32,000 nt of DNA from Patescibacteria group bacterium (GCA_049315825.1 JBMOJK010000003.1:20652-52651), one strand, 5' to 3'. Positions 1 to 11,181 are shown, counted from the first letter of the stretch. Program-made: numbers and translations. The notes: generated from the letters alone by a model not told the origin.

Positions 1-33
1 TGCCCCGAAGGACAAATATTCAGAACAAAGAAC

Positions 34-62
34 TTGACAATATCCATTATCCGGACATAAAT
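34..62 (+). promoter_or_regulatory. sigma70-type promoter candidate (-35 TTGACA 34-39, 17-nt spacer, -10 ATAAAT 57-62)
   Basis: Consensus -35, 17-nt spacing and near-consensus -10 read directly. It lies about 40 nt upstream of ATG 101. Confidence 0.5.
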
Positions 63-100
63 CATACGTTGTTTCAAATTAACTCAACAAGGAGGACAAA

Positions 101-370
101 ATGATCGTTGGAATAGTGGAAGGTCAGATAAACCGGGAGCAATACTCACACATTGCTGTTATGTACGATGAAAATGGTCGCTTCCCCCTCACTTGGGTGG
201 GAGAGTTTATGAGTGGAGGTTTTGACATCCACACACCACTCGGCAATACGTATAGCAACAAAGTTAAAGACATTGAGGGGGATCAAACACACCATGCGAT
301 GGTATGTTACCCGTCGAAACATGATGATATCCAACAAATTACGGCATACTTATCACTATTTGCCACGTAA
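101..370 (+). CDS. hypothetical small protein (89 aa)
   Basis: Intact ORF ending TAA. AAGGAGG Shine-Dalgarno at 89-95. Followed by a hairpin terminator. No family recognised. Confidence 0.6.
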   Translation: MIVGIVEGQINREQYSHIAVMYDENGRFPLTWVGEFMSGGFDIHTPLGNTYSNKVKDIEGDQTHHAMVCYPSKHDDIQQITAYLSLFAT

Positions 371-402
371 AATGAGAAAAACCTCGCTGGCAATGGGGTA
401 AT

Positions 403-431
403 AAAAATCCGTCTAAATAGACGGATTTTTA
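403..431 (+). terminator. rho-independent terminator
   Basis: Perfect 12-bp stem AAAAATCCGTCT / AGACGGATTTTT with a 4-nt loop, ending in a T-run, 33 nt after stop 370. Confidence 0.75.
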
Positions 432-543
432 TTGTGTGATCAGGCTTATGGCAGAATTCACTCGTCCTAGCTCTCATGAACTTGCCTCTGTTATTATTCA
501 TGAAAAATCGTACAATGCGCCATTATACTTATAGATCTTTCTC

Positions 544-2283
544 ATGCAGTGACCTGCACATAACAATAATGCAAGTATTTGAGCACTCCTCAAACCATAC
601 GCAGCACTCGTTTGAGGACTTCTTTTGCTCACGCTTGCCGGAAATGCTATCAACCTCATAGTTCCAAAAATTATCTCAGGAGGGATCGATACATTTGGAA
701 CTGCAGCATTTAGTCTCAGTACACTAAGTCTTGAATTCCTCGGGGTGTCTGCGATGATTTTCCTCCTGGTGTATCTCCAAAATATCTTGCAGGTCTACAT
801 CTCTGAGAAAGTAGCCAAAGATCTACGAGCTCGTCTGATCGCCAAAATCTCTACACGAAGCTACGCCTACATCCAAGAGGTTACCCCATCAAAACTCCTC
901 ACTAATCTCACTTCCGATATCGACAGTGTTAAATCTTTTGTTTCGCAGGCAATTTCTTCACTGGCATCATCGGTCTTTCTGATCATAGGATCGAGTATAC
1001 TACTGCTCATGATCAACTGGCAACTCGCACTTGCTGTCATCGCGATTGTGCCGATCATTGGCGTATCTTTTGGATTCATCCTCGGGAAAGTTCGAAAGCT
1101 CTTCAAGGCAACCCAAGAAACGATCGACTGGCTCAATAAAATCATCAACGAAAGCATTCTTGGTGCTTCTCTCATCCGCATTCTCAATTCACAAGCGCTC
1201 GAATACAATAAATTCCTCGAAGCAAGCACTCGCGCGAAGGAGATTGGCTTCGGTATCCTCAAACTTTTTGCAACACTCATCCCGATCGTCACCTTTGTAT
1301 CCAATCTTGCGATCCTCACGATCTTAGTGCTCGGTGGACACTTTGTGATCACAGGAAGCATGACACTTGGAGATTTTTCTGCGTTCAATGGCTATCTTGC
1401 GATCCTGATTTTCCCGATATTTGTTATCGGATTTATGAGTGGAGTCATCGCACAGGCAACAGCATCTTACGCGCGAATCGCCGAAGTATTATACGCACCG
1501 GATATCCCACACACTGGTACGCTTACTGCAGTATTGACGGGTAAGATCGAAGTTCGCAATATCAACCTACATTTTGGTGAGAAGATCGCGTTACGTGATA
1601 TATCATTCACGATCCAACCACACACCAAGACTGCGATCATCGGACCAACAGCCGCTGGTAAAACCCAACTCCTCTCGCTTCTCATGGGACTCATCCAGCC
1701 AACGTCTTGAACCATCACCTACGATGGCCATCCGATCGATGAATACAACCAAGAATCCCTCTACAAACAAATCAGTCTCGTATTTCAAGATAGCAATCTC
1801 TTCAATCTCTCGATCCGAGAAAACATAGCATTCAGCAAGGTCTCAAACGACGCAGCTTTTCAAAAAGCGATCAAGGCCGCAGAGTTGGAAGACTTCATCA
1901 AAACACTTCCCGATGGACTTGAGACCATTGTTTCAGAGCGTGGCGCGAGTCTTTCTGGTGGACAAAAGCAGCGAATCATGCTCGCGCGTGCACTTACACT
2001 CGATCCAAAGATTCTCTTCTTGGATGATTTCACAGCTCGCCTCGACACACAGACCGAACAAAAAATCCTCCAAAATATCCATACACTCTACCCGGAAACT
2101 ACCCTGATTTCGGTAACACAAAAGATAGAATCTATTCAGACCTACGATCAGATTATCCTCCTCATGGAAGGTGAAATCCTCGCAATCGGAACGCACGATG
2201 AGCTCATGGCCACTTCACCCGAATACGTACAAATCTACAATTCCCAATTCAGTACCAACAACTATGAACTATCAGCTAAATAA
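544..2283 (+). CDS. ABC exporter subunit, fused permease/ATPase (non-canonical Walker B partner)
   Basis: Track ORFs 625-1710 and 1885-2283 share a frame and join through TGA 1708-1710 (LIQPTS[G]TITYDG). The ORF extends 5' through TGAs at 550, 580 and 613 to ATG 544 (TAG at 532). Walker A GPTAAGKT, signature LSGGQKQR, Walker B ILFLDD. Stop TAA 2281-2283. Confidence 0.85.
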
Positions 2284-4024
2284 GGGACAAAAAACCGATC
2301 AGAAGGAACCAATTCTCACCTCGATCAAACGTCTTGGGCCTTTGCTTGCGGGTGAGGAAAAGAGTTTGTATCTGACACTTGCAACCGTACTGATAAGCTC
2401 AGGGTCGGTTTTGATTGCACCGATTATTATCGGACACACGATTGATACATATCTTCCCACAAAGGACTATAACGGAATTCTCTTCAATGCAGCAATCCTC
2501 TTTGCGATCTATATCGCAGGGAGTATCGCAAGTTATGTACAGACCAAGGCGATGGGAGGTGTAGGACGACGCATGCTCTTCAATCTCCGAAACGCAGTAT
2601 TTACTCGACTCCAGGAGTTGCCAGTTGATTTCTTTAGCCAAAACAAAACGGGCGATCTCATCTCTCGTATCAATAGTGATACAGATAAAATCAATCAGTT
2701 CTTCTCGCAGGCACTTATGCAGTTTTTGGGGAATTTCTTCCTCATCGTTGGAGCTGGGATATTTATCGTATTCCTCAGTCCGAAGCTTGGACTTGCAACA
2801 CTTCTGCCAGCGCTCGGAGTACTGATTATCACACAAATCATCTCGCCCTGGGTAAAACGTAGCAATCTACGCAGTCTTCAATCTACCGGCTCGATGAGTT
2901 CCGAGATCCAAGAAAATCTCAATAATTTCAAGGTTATCATCGCCTTCAATCGCCTTGATTATTTCCGAAAGAAATTCGAAGAAGTAAATACTGCGAATTA
3001 TTCGAGCGCACTTCGGGCCGGGATTGCGAATAATATTTTCACTCCTCTCTACGGACTTGCTTCTAACCTTGCACAGCTCATCGCACTTGCCTACGGAATC
3101 TATCTCGTAAATACTGGATATATCACAGTGGGGCTTCTGATCGGGTTTCAGTTTTATGTGAATAATTTTTATAGCCCGCTCAAACAACTCGCATCTGTTT
3201 GGTCATCATTTCAGCTTGCACTTGCCTCGCTCGATCGCATCTCAGAGGTTCTTGCACTCAAATCCAACATGCAGACCGTAGAGCACGCCGTTACTCCAAC
3301 CAAGGATGCAATCCTCGAATTTCAAAATGTTACATTCGCGTACAACCCCGAGAAAACCATCCTCAAAGATATCAACCTCGTACTCGAACGATGAAAGACT
3401 TATGCACTCGTTTGACCCACCGGTGGAGGAAAAACAACCACTGCCCTGCTCATGGCGCGACTCTATGATCCTACATCTTGAACGATCATCTTAGATCAAA
3501 AAGATATCAGGTCATACGAGCCTTCTCAGCGTACAGATAAGATCGGTTTCATCCTACAAGAACCATTTCTCTTTACGGGTACACTTGCGGACAACATACT
3601 CTACGGAAATACCAAATACGTGCATATTACCCACTCACAGATCCTTGAACTTCTCACACAAAAAGGACTCACAGGGCTGCTCTCAAAATTTGAAAATGGT
3701 CTTGATACCCCCATATCAACCAGTGGTGAATCCATCAGCCTTGGACAAAGACAGCTACTTGCGTTCATGCGCGCCATCCTCAAAGAACCCGAGATCCTCA
3801 TCCTCGACGAAGCAACAGCGAATATCGATACCGTCACTGAACAGCTCCTCGAAGAAATGCTCAGCAAACTTCCGAAATCTACTACGAAGGTTATCATCGC
3901 GCATCGCCTCAATACGATCAAGGATGCAGACGAGATATTCTTCGTAAATGCTGCAGAAGTGGTAAATACCGGAAATATGGAACACGCTCTCGATATGCTC
4001 CTCCATTGAAAAAGAGCCAGTTAA
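2264..4024 (+). CDS. ABC exporter subunit, fused permease/ATPase (canonical Walker B, degenerate signature)
   Basis: ATG 2264 (MNYQLNKGQK) overlaps the upstream gene by 20 nt. Track ORFs 2171-3394 and 3620-4009 share a frame and join through TGAs 3392, 3413, 3479 and 4007. Walker A reads LV[TGA]PTGGGKTT, Walker B ILILDEA, signature ISLGQRQ. Stop TAA 4022-4024. Confidence 0.85.
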
Positions 4025-4025
4025 A

Positions 4026-4064
4026 ATAATCCTCCAAAGCCTAAGGCGAAGGAGGATTATTTTT
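4026..4064. terminator. bidirectional hairpin terminator between convergent genes
   Basis: ATAATCCTCC (4026-4035) pairs with GGAGGATTAT (4051-4060) and is followed by TTTT. It overlaps the 3' end of the minus-strand gene. Confidence 0.5.
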
Positions 4065-4964
4065 GGTAGTCCGTGGTGGTTTGGAAGATAGATCAATTGC
4101 ATGTTGTATAGCTTCTCGCACTAATACATCATCACTGTATGTACCCCGATATCCCAGCATCCAGTTTGTAACATTCTCGCTCACAATCGCAGTAAAGCTT
4201 CCGGAGTTATCATCTGCAGCAAACTTGGTTCTCTGAAATTCACGTGGAGATTCGGTTATGCCATTTTCCTTCATCCATTGATCAAGTGTCTGCGCAATGA
4301 GTACCTGATTTTCAGGATTACCGAAATGCACAACAATAGAATCATTCACAGCAATAAAACTCGATAAATTGGTTGGTATTTTTACTCTAATCGAATCATT
4401 GGTATTGCGTGCTACTATACGGAGTCGCTTTATAAGCAAGGGTATACGATGAATAAACCAATACTGATTGACTGGAAGAGTGGTGTACATTTTATAGTTT
4501 GACTCGACCGTTTTAATCAGCTCAGGATGTACATCAATACCAAACCAGACAGGGTTGCTCACCCATTTGAACTGAGGCTCCATGCGCAATAGAAATTGCT
4601 CAATATTTTCTCTTCTTTTCGCATACCAATTCTGTTGTAACTTGAGGTCTGCCATAATGTCAGCAATAGACTTCTTCGAGAGTATTACCTCTCCACGATG
4701 CGAAAGCATCTCATAAAGAGAATTCACAATTGCATTGGAGAGTTCAAATCATGTCTTTTTAGAAAGATGCCCATGAATGATTTGTGCGTAGTGATCTTTT
4801 TTGCGATCCTCCAAATCAGTAGATGAAGCACTCAAAACTGCTCATGCTCGATTCTTTGCAATATTTAAAACCTCAGACTGTTTTGAGGTATTGTTTGGAG
4901 TTCAGGGATTTTTTGGAGAGTTAAGATCACTCATAATAGAAGATATTTTCATAGTATCATACAT
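4041..4964 (-). CDS. hypothetical protein (~307 aa)
   Basis: Track ORF 4041-4727 extends 5' in frame through TGAs (plus-strand TCA at 4749, 4842, 4902) up to a TAA at 5016-5018. ATG candidates are at 4964 (AGGAAA 7 nt upstream), 4952 and 4934. No family recognised. Confidence 0.55.
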
Positions 4965-5192
4965 AGATTGTTTCCTGCAAATATCCACAAAACACACCTC
5001 CCTAGGGTGTATTTTTTAACCGGCCTATTTTTGACTCAGCTTATTTGAGTGAATATACAAAGTTGCAAGCTAGTTCATGTGTTATGGATAAAAACCCAGA
5101 TAGTCAAAGATGGATATTTAAAAAACTCACGTACGCATATTTTCAAATAAGCAGAAACGCATATGATATTCACTTACTACCTATAGACTCAC

Positions 5193-5744
5193 ATGAATAA
5201 GTTAATCATCACAGCGCATCCGAGCTCACAGGGATTTACTCATAAAATTGCCCAGAAGATATCGGAACTATCAATACGAAGGGGTGATGCTGTTGAAATC
5301 CTCGATCTCTATAAGACTGATCTCAAGCAGGATTTTCTCGCATTTGAGGATATGAAGGACTTCGGAAAAGACGCAACTACCCAAGCACTTCAGGCAAAGA
5401 TTACTTGGGCAGATGAACTCGTATTTATATTCCCGATCTGGTGGGGAGACACCCCAGCAATCATGAAGAATTTCATCGACTGTAACTTCGGAGCAGGATT
5501 TGCATTCAAGTATGTAAACGGGAAATCCGTTGGACTGCTTACCGGGAAATCCGCACGTATCATCGCAACTTCTGGTGCGCCAGGATTCTTCTACAAAATC
5601 CTCCTTCATGTCCAAGTTATGTGGAATCTTAACCGTATCAAGTTCTGTGGAATTACACAAAAATCTTTCACAGTATTTGGCAGCATGGACAGCTCCAAAG
5701 CCAATAAAGATGCCTATCTCAAGAGTCTCAATCATCTTATTTAA
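5193..5744 (+). CDS. flavodoxin-like fold NAD(P)H (quinone) oxidoreductase family protein
   Basis: 183-aa intact ORF. The N-terminal KLIITAHPSS, the FIFPIWWG segment and overall length are typical of the Flavodoxin_2/NQO-azoreductase fold. Confidence 0.6.
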   Translation: MNKLIITAHPSSQGFTHKIAQKISELSIRRGDAVEILDLYKTDLKQDFLAFEDMKDFGKDATTQALQAKITWADELVFIFPIWWGDTPAIMKNFIDCNFGAGFAFKYVNGKSVGLLTGKSARIIATSGAPGFFYKILLHVQVMWNLNRIKFCGITQKSFTVFGSMDSSKANKDAYLKSLNHLI

Positions 5745-5749
5745 TTCCT

Positions 5750-6262
5750 ATGTCTCATCTCGTTCAACTCACCGACCGTGACGATCAGTTTCTCGGACAC
5801 AAGATGCGGGATGAGCTCACACCAGAGGATATCTTTCGCTGTATTTCCGTGCACATAACAGATCATTCAGGTGAATACATCCTCATACAAAAGCGCAGTC
5901 TCACGAAACCAGCTGCACCGGGTCGCTGGACACTCGGTGTGATGTGAACACTCGAGGATGGTGATACTTATGAAATCTGAGCACTCCGAGAAATCCAAGA
6001 AGAACTCGGTTTTTCGCCACAAAGCCTGACACATCACGGTGTTACTTTCGTGCCCAATCATTCGGTCGGAGGACTCCAGCGAGGCTTATTTGTAGTTCAG
6101 ACTGACATAACGACTGATTTTGTCCTCCAGGAAAGCGAGGTCGCAGAGGTTCGCTGGGTAACAAAACAAGAACTTATCGACTGGATAAATGAAGAATCTG
6201 ATATGTTCACGAGCGGATCACTTCAGGTTTGGCGAGAACTGGGAATTCTTAGCGCCGAATAA
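5750..6262 (+). CDS. NUDIX hydrolase
   Basis: Track ORFs 5750-5947 and 6050-6262 share a frame and join through TGAs 5945-5947 and 5978-5980. The Nudix box reads [G]TLEDGDTYEI[G]ALREIQEELGF, matching Gx5Ex7REUxEExGU, with TGA at the leading Gly. Confidence 0.8.
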
Positions 6263-7274
6263 TCTTCTTAAAACTTCGAATACATTGCAAGAAGGCATAC
6301 ATCCATCCCTGGATCACATAAATCCGCTTCTTTGGAAATTCAAATTCACTTCCTCCGAATTTCCGCTTGAAATCTGACACTCATTCGAGTCGATGGTTCA
6401 TTACACCGGCAGGTGCAATCCCGAGAAAGTCATACACACTACACCCTGCAGCCTTGCTCGCACGCATCATCTCCCACTGCAGGAGATACGCGGGCATGAA
6501 TTTGCGCTTCGCGTTGTCCGAAGTCGATGCACCATAGTAATAGAGCGCAGTTGCATCCTGGATCACGAGTATCGCAGCTGCGATCACTTCGCCGTCTTTT
6601 TTGGCGAGATAGAGTCACTCATGAGTGCCCGTACGAGCAGCAAGGAGTGCTTCATAGTAAGTACGAGAATTCCCAGCAAAGCCGTCGCGCTCGAGTGTCT
6701 CATGTAAAAGTCGCATAAATGCATCAAGGTCTGTAGTGTCACCCTCTGATCGAACGACAGTTACTTCATGCTTTTGTGCGAGTTTGATATTATATCGCCC
6801 CTTTTGGTGCATCTGTGCGAGGATTGCATCTTCGTCCTGCGTGAGATCTATGAGGAGTGTATGTGATTCGATGAATCCTTTGTAGTATCCGCACTTCCCT
6901 TGTTTTAGAGCGAGTTCATATATCGGTTCGATCTGCAAGAAGACTCCACCCTCCTTTCGCACGAGATCCTGCATCGCAGTCTCGAATGCTCCTAGGTCAC
7001 AGTCCGAAGTGATACTGGGTCCTCCAATACAGAAGAATCCATATTTCCCGAGTCCGATCGAACGTTTCTCAATAAGAGCATATCCAAGAAGTTTACTATC
7101 TCGTACATCACCCAAAAAATACGCCTGATCAAGCGCTCCGCCTCGCAGTAACATCTCGATCCAGTCGATCTGCTGCCAAACAGGTACATATTCATGAGAT
7201 CACTGCCAGAAATCTGAAATCATCTTTCGGATTTCTGTAAAATCTTCACCAAGACCAAAAGTTCGTATTTGCAT
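6249..7274 (-). CDS. FemAB-family peptidoglycan interpeptide-bridge aminoacyltransferase
   Basis: Track ORFs 6381-6587 and 6615-7154 share a frame. They join through TGAs at 6381, 6615 and 7200 and extend to TAA 6249-6251. The C-terminus ...HRLE[G]VSDFKRKFGG matches the FemAB GxxxFKxxFGG motif. The start at 7274 is the longest option; ATG 7223 is an alternative. Confidence 0.7.
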
Positions 7275-7314
7275 AGGCGAAAGGCTACGAAAAGCGTGTT
7301 AAAATGCAATACAT

Positions 7315-7343
7315 TTGCGTTTATGGGTATGATTTGTTATATT
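7315..7343 (+). promoter_or_regulatory. promoter candidate (-35 TTGCGT, 17-nt spacer, extended -10 TGtTATATT)
   Basis: Read directly. The -10 ends 28 nt upstream of ATG 7371. Confidence 0.4.
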
Positions 7344-7370
7344 TTTTGTGGTTCTATCTCTTTTCTCCAT

Positions 7371-7721
7371 ATGAATACGCTTATTGAAGTAAACACTCGA
7401 ACTGCTAACGACGTGATGATTTTTGAGTTCACAGGTGAGCTCGACGAAACAAATGCAGACAAGACATTCACTTCCATCTACAACGCTATTCCTGATTTCA
7501 CTGGGAAGAAGGTTCTCTTCAACCTCGTAGGACTCAAATACCTCAACTCAAAGTCGATCGGATACATCGCTGACATTTTTCAGAACATCGAAGACGGTAA
7601 CGGAAAAATGGTGATCTCTAATATGACCGAAGAAGTAAAGGATACTCTTGAGCTCGTTGGTATCACAACGATCATCCAGATCGCTGAGACCGAAGATGAA
7701 GGAGTTGCCATGATGGCATAA
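7371..7721 (+). CDS. STAS-domain protein (anti-sigma-factor antagonist, SpoIIAA-like)
   Basis: 116-aa ORF from internal ATG 7371 of track ORF 7269-7721. The pattern ...FEFTGELD...VLFNLVGLKYLNSKSIGYI...GKMVISNM...V...LELVGI is typical of the STAS fold. Confidence 0.65.
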   Translation: MNTLIEVNTRTANDVMIFEFTGELDETNADKTFTSIYNAIPDFTGKKVLFNLVGLKYLNSKSIGYIADIFQNIEDGNGKMVISNMTEEVKDTLELVGITTIIQIAETEDEGVAMMA

Positions 7722-7736
7722 ATTGTCAATACAATT

Positions 7737-7762
7737 AAACCGCTCAAATAGGGCGGTTTTTT
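7737..7762 (+). terminator. rho-independent terminator
   Basis: AAACCGC...GCGGTTT stem followed by TTTTTT, 16 nt after stop 7721. Confidence 0.65.
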
Positions 7763-7810
7763 GATTTCTAAAAAGACTTATGAGAAGATGAAAGAAATCA
7801 ACACCTATCT

Positions 7811-9511
7811 ATGTCAGAAAAAAATACTCACGATATCGTATCAAATAGCCACGAGATTGCCTCCGGAAATAAGGAGGCACATCCCGTCTTTGCAGAAAAA
7901 CCTCAAACACGCGAACAGATCAACATGGAAACAGCAAACGATCGTATTCGCCTACTCCAGTCTGAAGAAAAAAAGACAAAAGACCTCGAGCGCAAAGGAG
8001 AGATTCGCACACAAATTAACGCGATTCGTCGTGAAAACAATCGCAATGCTCAGAAAGATGCCTACATCAATCCTACACTTACACAGGATGCCTCCTTTGC
8101 AAAACAAGCAAAAGAGCTTCTTGGTGATGGTTCAGTAGACAGCATTTCTGCAAAAAATCTCCTCAAATTAGAGCGCACAAAACGTGGATCTCTTTCAAAG
8201 TTTTTTGCATTCAAAAAAACAACAGATGAAAAGGGGAATGATCTTGAGGAGCCACTTGATGTATCCAAGATTAAGGAAGGTGATAATATCATTATTGATT
8301 TTGGTCGGAATTCTAGCGCAGATATCAAGATAGGTGCAGGGGATCTTATTCCAATAAACATCCAAGCAGTCTCTATTACAGACACTAAAGGTCGAGTACG
8401 GGTAGGAATTCGTTCCGTGGTAAACGGCAAGGTTGGTTACTATGATGAAAGTGGATATATGGAGATTCACAACGGATACACACTCCATATTCTTACAGCA
8501 AAAGAAGTGAAATCTGCACTCACTGCACTTGAAGGAAAGGTAACACTGAGCACTGACGAAAAGAAAGAAAATGATGCAATGGATAGTTTTATTGAACAGG
8601 CCGATCGATTCCCTTCTCTTGCCCAGCGACTCACAAGTTCAAATATTGAACAATATAAGTCATATCAAGAGAAAGCAACTGTGCTCGCAAAACAAATAGA
8701 AAGTGAAACTGGTATCCCATGGCAAGTAACCTATGGTCAAGCTACTCTTGAGACTGGCTATGGTCAACATGCACCAGGGAATAATTACTTTGGAATGAAG
8801 GGTTCTGGGCAATCACAAAAGACGAAGGAGGTGATTAATGGTGTGGAAGTAACCGTACAAGCAGGATTCAAGACATACGCCAGCATGGAAGAATCATTTG
8901 CAGACTATGCGCGACTCATATCAACAAGCGCACGCTACAAAAAGGCATTTGAATTTAAAAATGATCCAGAAGCATTCCTTACAGAAATCATTCGAGGTGG
9001 ATACGCAACAGATCTTGCATATGTCGGGAAAGTAAAATCTATCTGGTGAGATTATGAAAACATTTACAATGCTACCCCAGAAAATATAGCACGCGTTCAA
9101 ATTGACCCGTCTATCAAAGTAGATCCAGACACACTCATTGCTCACGCTGAGAAATATCTCGGCATGAAATATCAGCTCGGTGCAGATGGAACAAGTGCAA
9201 TCGACTGTTCGCAGCTTGTGGTAGAATCTCTCAAGCAAGCAGGAGCTGTTGGCTCAGGGTTTGATACCACTGCTGCTGGATTTCACTCCGTTACAAAGCC
9301 AAAAAAAGCACATGAGGTACAGCGCGGTGATTTCGTGTTTCTTAAAAACGGCAGTAATATTACTCATATCGAAATCGCAACAGGTCCAGCTGTAAATGGA
9401 GTTATTCCCATCATTGATGCAAGCGGACGTAGCAACGCAGGAAAAGTTGCCTATCGCGAACAACGAATTGATAGTCATGTACTCGTTGGAACTCCTACGT
9501 TCTACGCATAA
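7811..9511 (+). CDS. bifunctional peptidoglycan hydrolase (N-acetylglucosaminidase domain + NlpC/P60 endopeptidase domain)
   Basis: Track ORFs 7811-9049 and 9164-9511 share a frame and join through TGA 9047-9049. The middle region has a FlgJ/glucosaminidase-like segment (GQATLETGYG...NYFGMKG...SFADYARL...GYATD). The C-terminus is NlpC/P60-like (YLGMKYQLGADG..AIDCSQLV...GDFVFL...ITHIEIATG). The ~280-aa N-terminus is hydrophilic with no signal peptide. Confidence 0.75.
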
Positions 9512-9513
9512 AT

Positions 9514-9559
9514 AAAACCCCCCTTACTTTGCTCCTAAGAGCTACGTGGGGGATTTTTT
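9514..9559. terminator. terminator-like C-run/G-run hairpin with T-tail
   Basis: CCCCCC (9518-9523) ... GGGGG (9548-9552) followed by ATTTTTT. It sits between convergent genes and shares a motif with 23096-23135. Confidence 0.4.
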
Positions 9560-10745
9560 AGAATATTCCAAGCTGTCAGCTTGCAGGAGCCTCAACATTG
9601 TCGAGGTACTGCCAAAGGGTTTTGATATCTTCTTTGAGCTCGAAGCCTATGATCTCGATATCTGCATTCAGGAGAGATTGGATAAACTCTGTCACTGAGA
9701 CTACCGAAACATCGATGAAGTACTTCCCTGTATCAGGGATATCGAGTGCGATACCAGTGAGGACACTCGCATCTTTCTTGGTGGCAAGTGCAACGCGACC
9801 AGCTTCAAGGACGAGCGGGAGGAGTTTTTCGAGTTCTGTACTCGAATCGATCTTAGTATACGTCACACCAAGTGAGTCAAAATTCGCAAGCACCTGCTCA
9901 TCATCAGGTAAGAGTGATCGAAACTCGAATTCCCGGAAGAGTTCACGAACCGCAGGATTCACGATCGAACGATCTCTGAATATATGAGCGTCGAGATCAC
10001 ATTCGATCTCGACCGTTGTATCGATCGAAGCGAGTTTTTTGGAGAGGAAGGCAACCTCCCGGTTCTCTTCGAGGACAAGTCGGGTTTTTTCGGGCATTTT
10101 GTCGAGATTCTCGTAGATGGATTCGAGCGATCCGAACTCACCAATGAGCGATTGCGCCTTCTTCGGACCAAATCCCTTGATCCCTGGGATATTATCCGAA
10201 CTATCCCCAGTGATCGAGAGATAATCTACGACGTGTTCTGGTCCAACACCGAATTTCTCCCATGCCTGCTCGCTTCGCATCACTGAGCGCTTCATCGTGT
10301 CATACACCACGACATTTCCACCGATGAATTGGTAGAGATCCTTGTCTCCAGAAAGGATCGAGATCTCGTTTTGCGGATCGGTTCGGAGTCTGGTAGCGAG
10401 TGTTCCGATGATATCGTCCGCTTCGTATCCGAGTTTCTCAAGAACGGGGATTTCCATCGCTGCAAGTAGTCGCGTGATATGTTTTTCTTGTGACTTGAGA
10501 TCGTCCGGCATACGGTCTCGAGTTCCCTTGTATTCTGGATATATCTTCTCACGAAAGGTCTCCCCCTTCGCGTCCATGATGAATATGAGAGTATCTGGTC
10601 GTTCGCTCGAATGAAGCCCGAGAAGTGCCTTCGCCATTCAAAATACCGCATTCACCGGCTCACCTGCCTTCGTAGTGAATGGTGGTACCGCGTAGAAGAG
10701 ACGATAGATGAGATTGTACCCGTCGATAAGGAAAATCTTGCGCAT
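9558..10745 (-). CDS. Pol I-type 5'-3' exonuclease (FEN) with a short 3'-5' exo-like remnant and no polymerase domain
   Basis: Track ORF 9576-10637 extends 5' through TGA 10638-10640 to ATG 10745 (MRKIFLIDGYNLIYRLFYAVPPFTTKAGEPVNAVF[G]MAKAL, the classic Pol I N-terminus). It extends 3' through TGA 9576-9578 to TAA 9558-9560. GDKDLYQ and DNIPGIKGFGPKKA (H3TH) motifs are present. Confidence 0.85.
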
Positions 10746-10752
10746 AAGATGG

Positions 10753-11181
10753 TTATTTATTCCCTGTTGTTCCAAATCCACCACGGTCTGTGTTATCCAT
10801 GGTTTCTACAAGTTCGAAGTCCGCGCGTTCAATCTTCACGAATACACCCTGACCGATACGCTCTCCTTTTTCGATCGTCACCGGTTCTTTGCGCATATTG
10901 ATATATGGGAATTTGATCGTGTCATTGTCCCCTGCGTAGTCGATATCGATAATCCCGACAGAGTTCGTCTGCATGAGACCATAGTTCTTGAATGTACTCG
11001 AACGTGGCTGGATCTGAAGTACGTATCCAGCAGGAGTTTCGATCACGGTTCCTGTATCTACGAGCTTGAATTCTCCGGGTGCAAATGTCACCGTTTCGTT
11101 CGCTTCAAAGTCAAAGCCACATGCTCCAGCTGTCTTGTATTCTAGCTTCTTACCAGAGAGATTTTTGATTCGTACTTTCAT
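10753..11181 (-). CDS. dut: dUTP diphosphatase
   Basis: 142-aa intact ORF with trimeric dUTPase motifs (AGACGFDF, GIIDIDYAGD, RIGQGVF, RGGFGTTG). Its stop lies 7 nt upstream of the 5' nuclease start. Confidence 0.85.
   Translation of the reverse strand: MKVRIKNLSGKKLEYKTAGACGFDFEANETVTFAPGEFKLVDTGTVIETPAGYVLQIQPRSSTFKNYGLMQTNSVGIIDIDYAGDNDTIKFPYINMRKEPVTIEKGERIGQGVFVKIERADFELVETMDNTDRGGFGTTGNK

Noticed and set aside
867-1388. Long antisense or out-of-frame track ORFs, for example 867-1388(-), 2399-2836(-), 5271-5735(-), 14151-14906(-), 22611-23117(+), 24009-24566(+), 26656-27234(+), 29859-30332(+), 30564-31055(+), 11066-11584(+).
   Set aside because: Each lies entirely within, or opposite, a gene with clear family motifs. 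They have no SD or start context and low-complexity or odd composition. I treat them as shadow ORFs.
3413-3415. TGA read as Trp (code 4, Mycoplasma-like) or as selenocysteine.
   Set aside because: The TGA positions coincide with invariant Gly residues (Walker A GxxGxGKT, Nudix box G, Pol I AvyGf), not Trp. They are far too frequent, and lack any obvious SECIS context, for selenocysteine.
4985-5010. Small hairpin ACACC...GGTGT followed by TTTTTT, which could be a terminator.
   Set aside because: No plus-strand gene ends upstream of it. It lies in the 5' region of the minus-strand gene, so its role is unclear and the evidence is weak.
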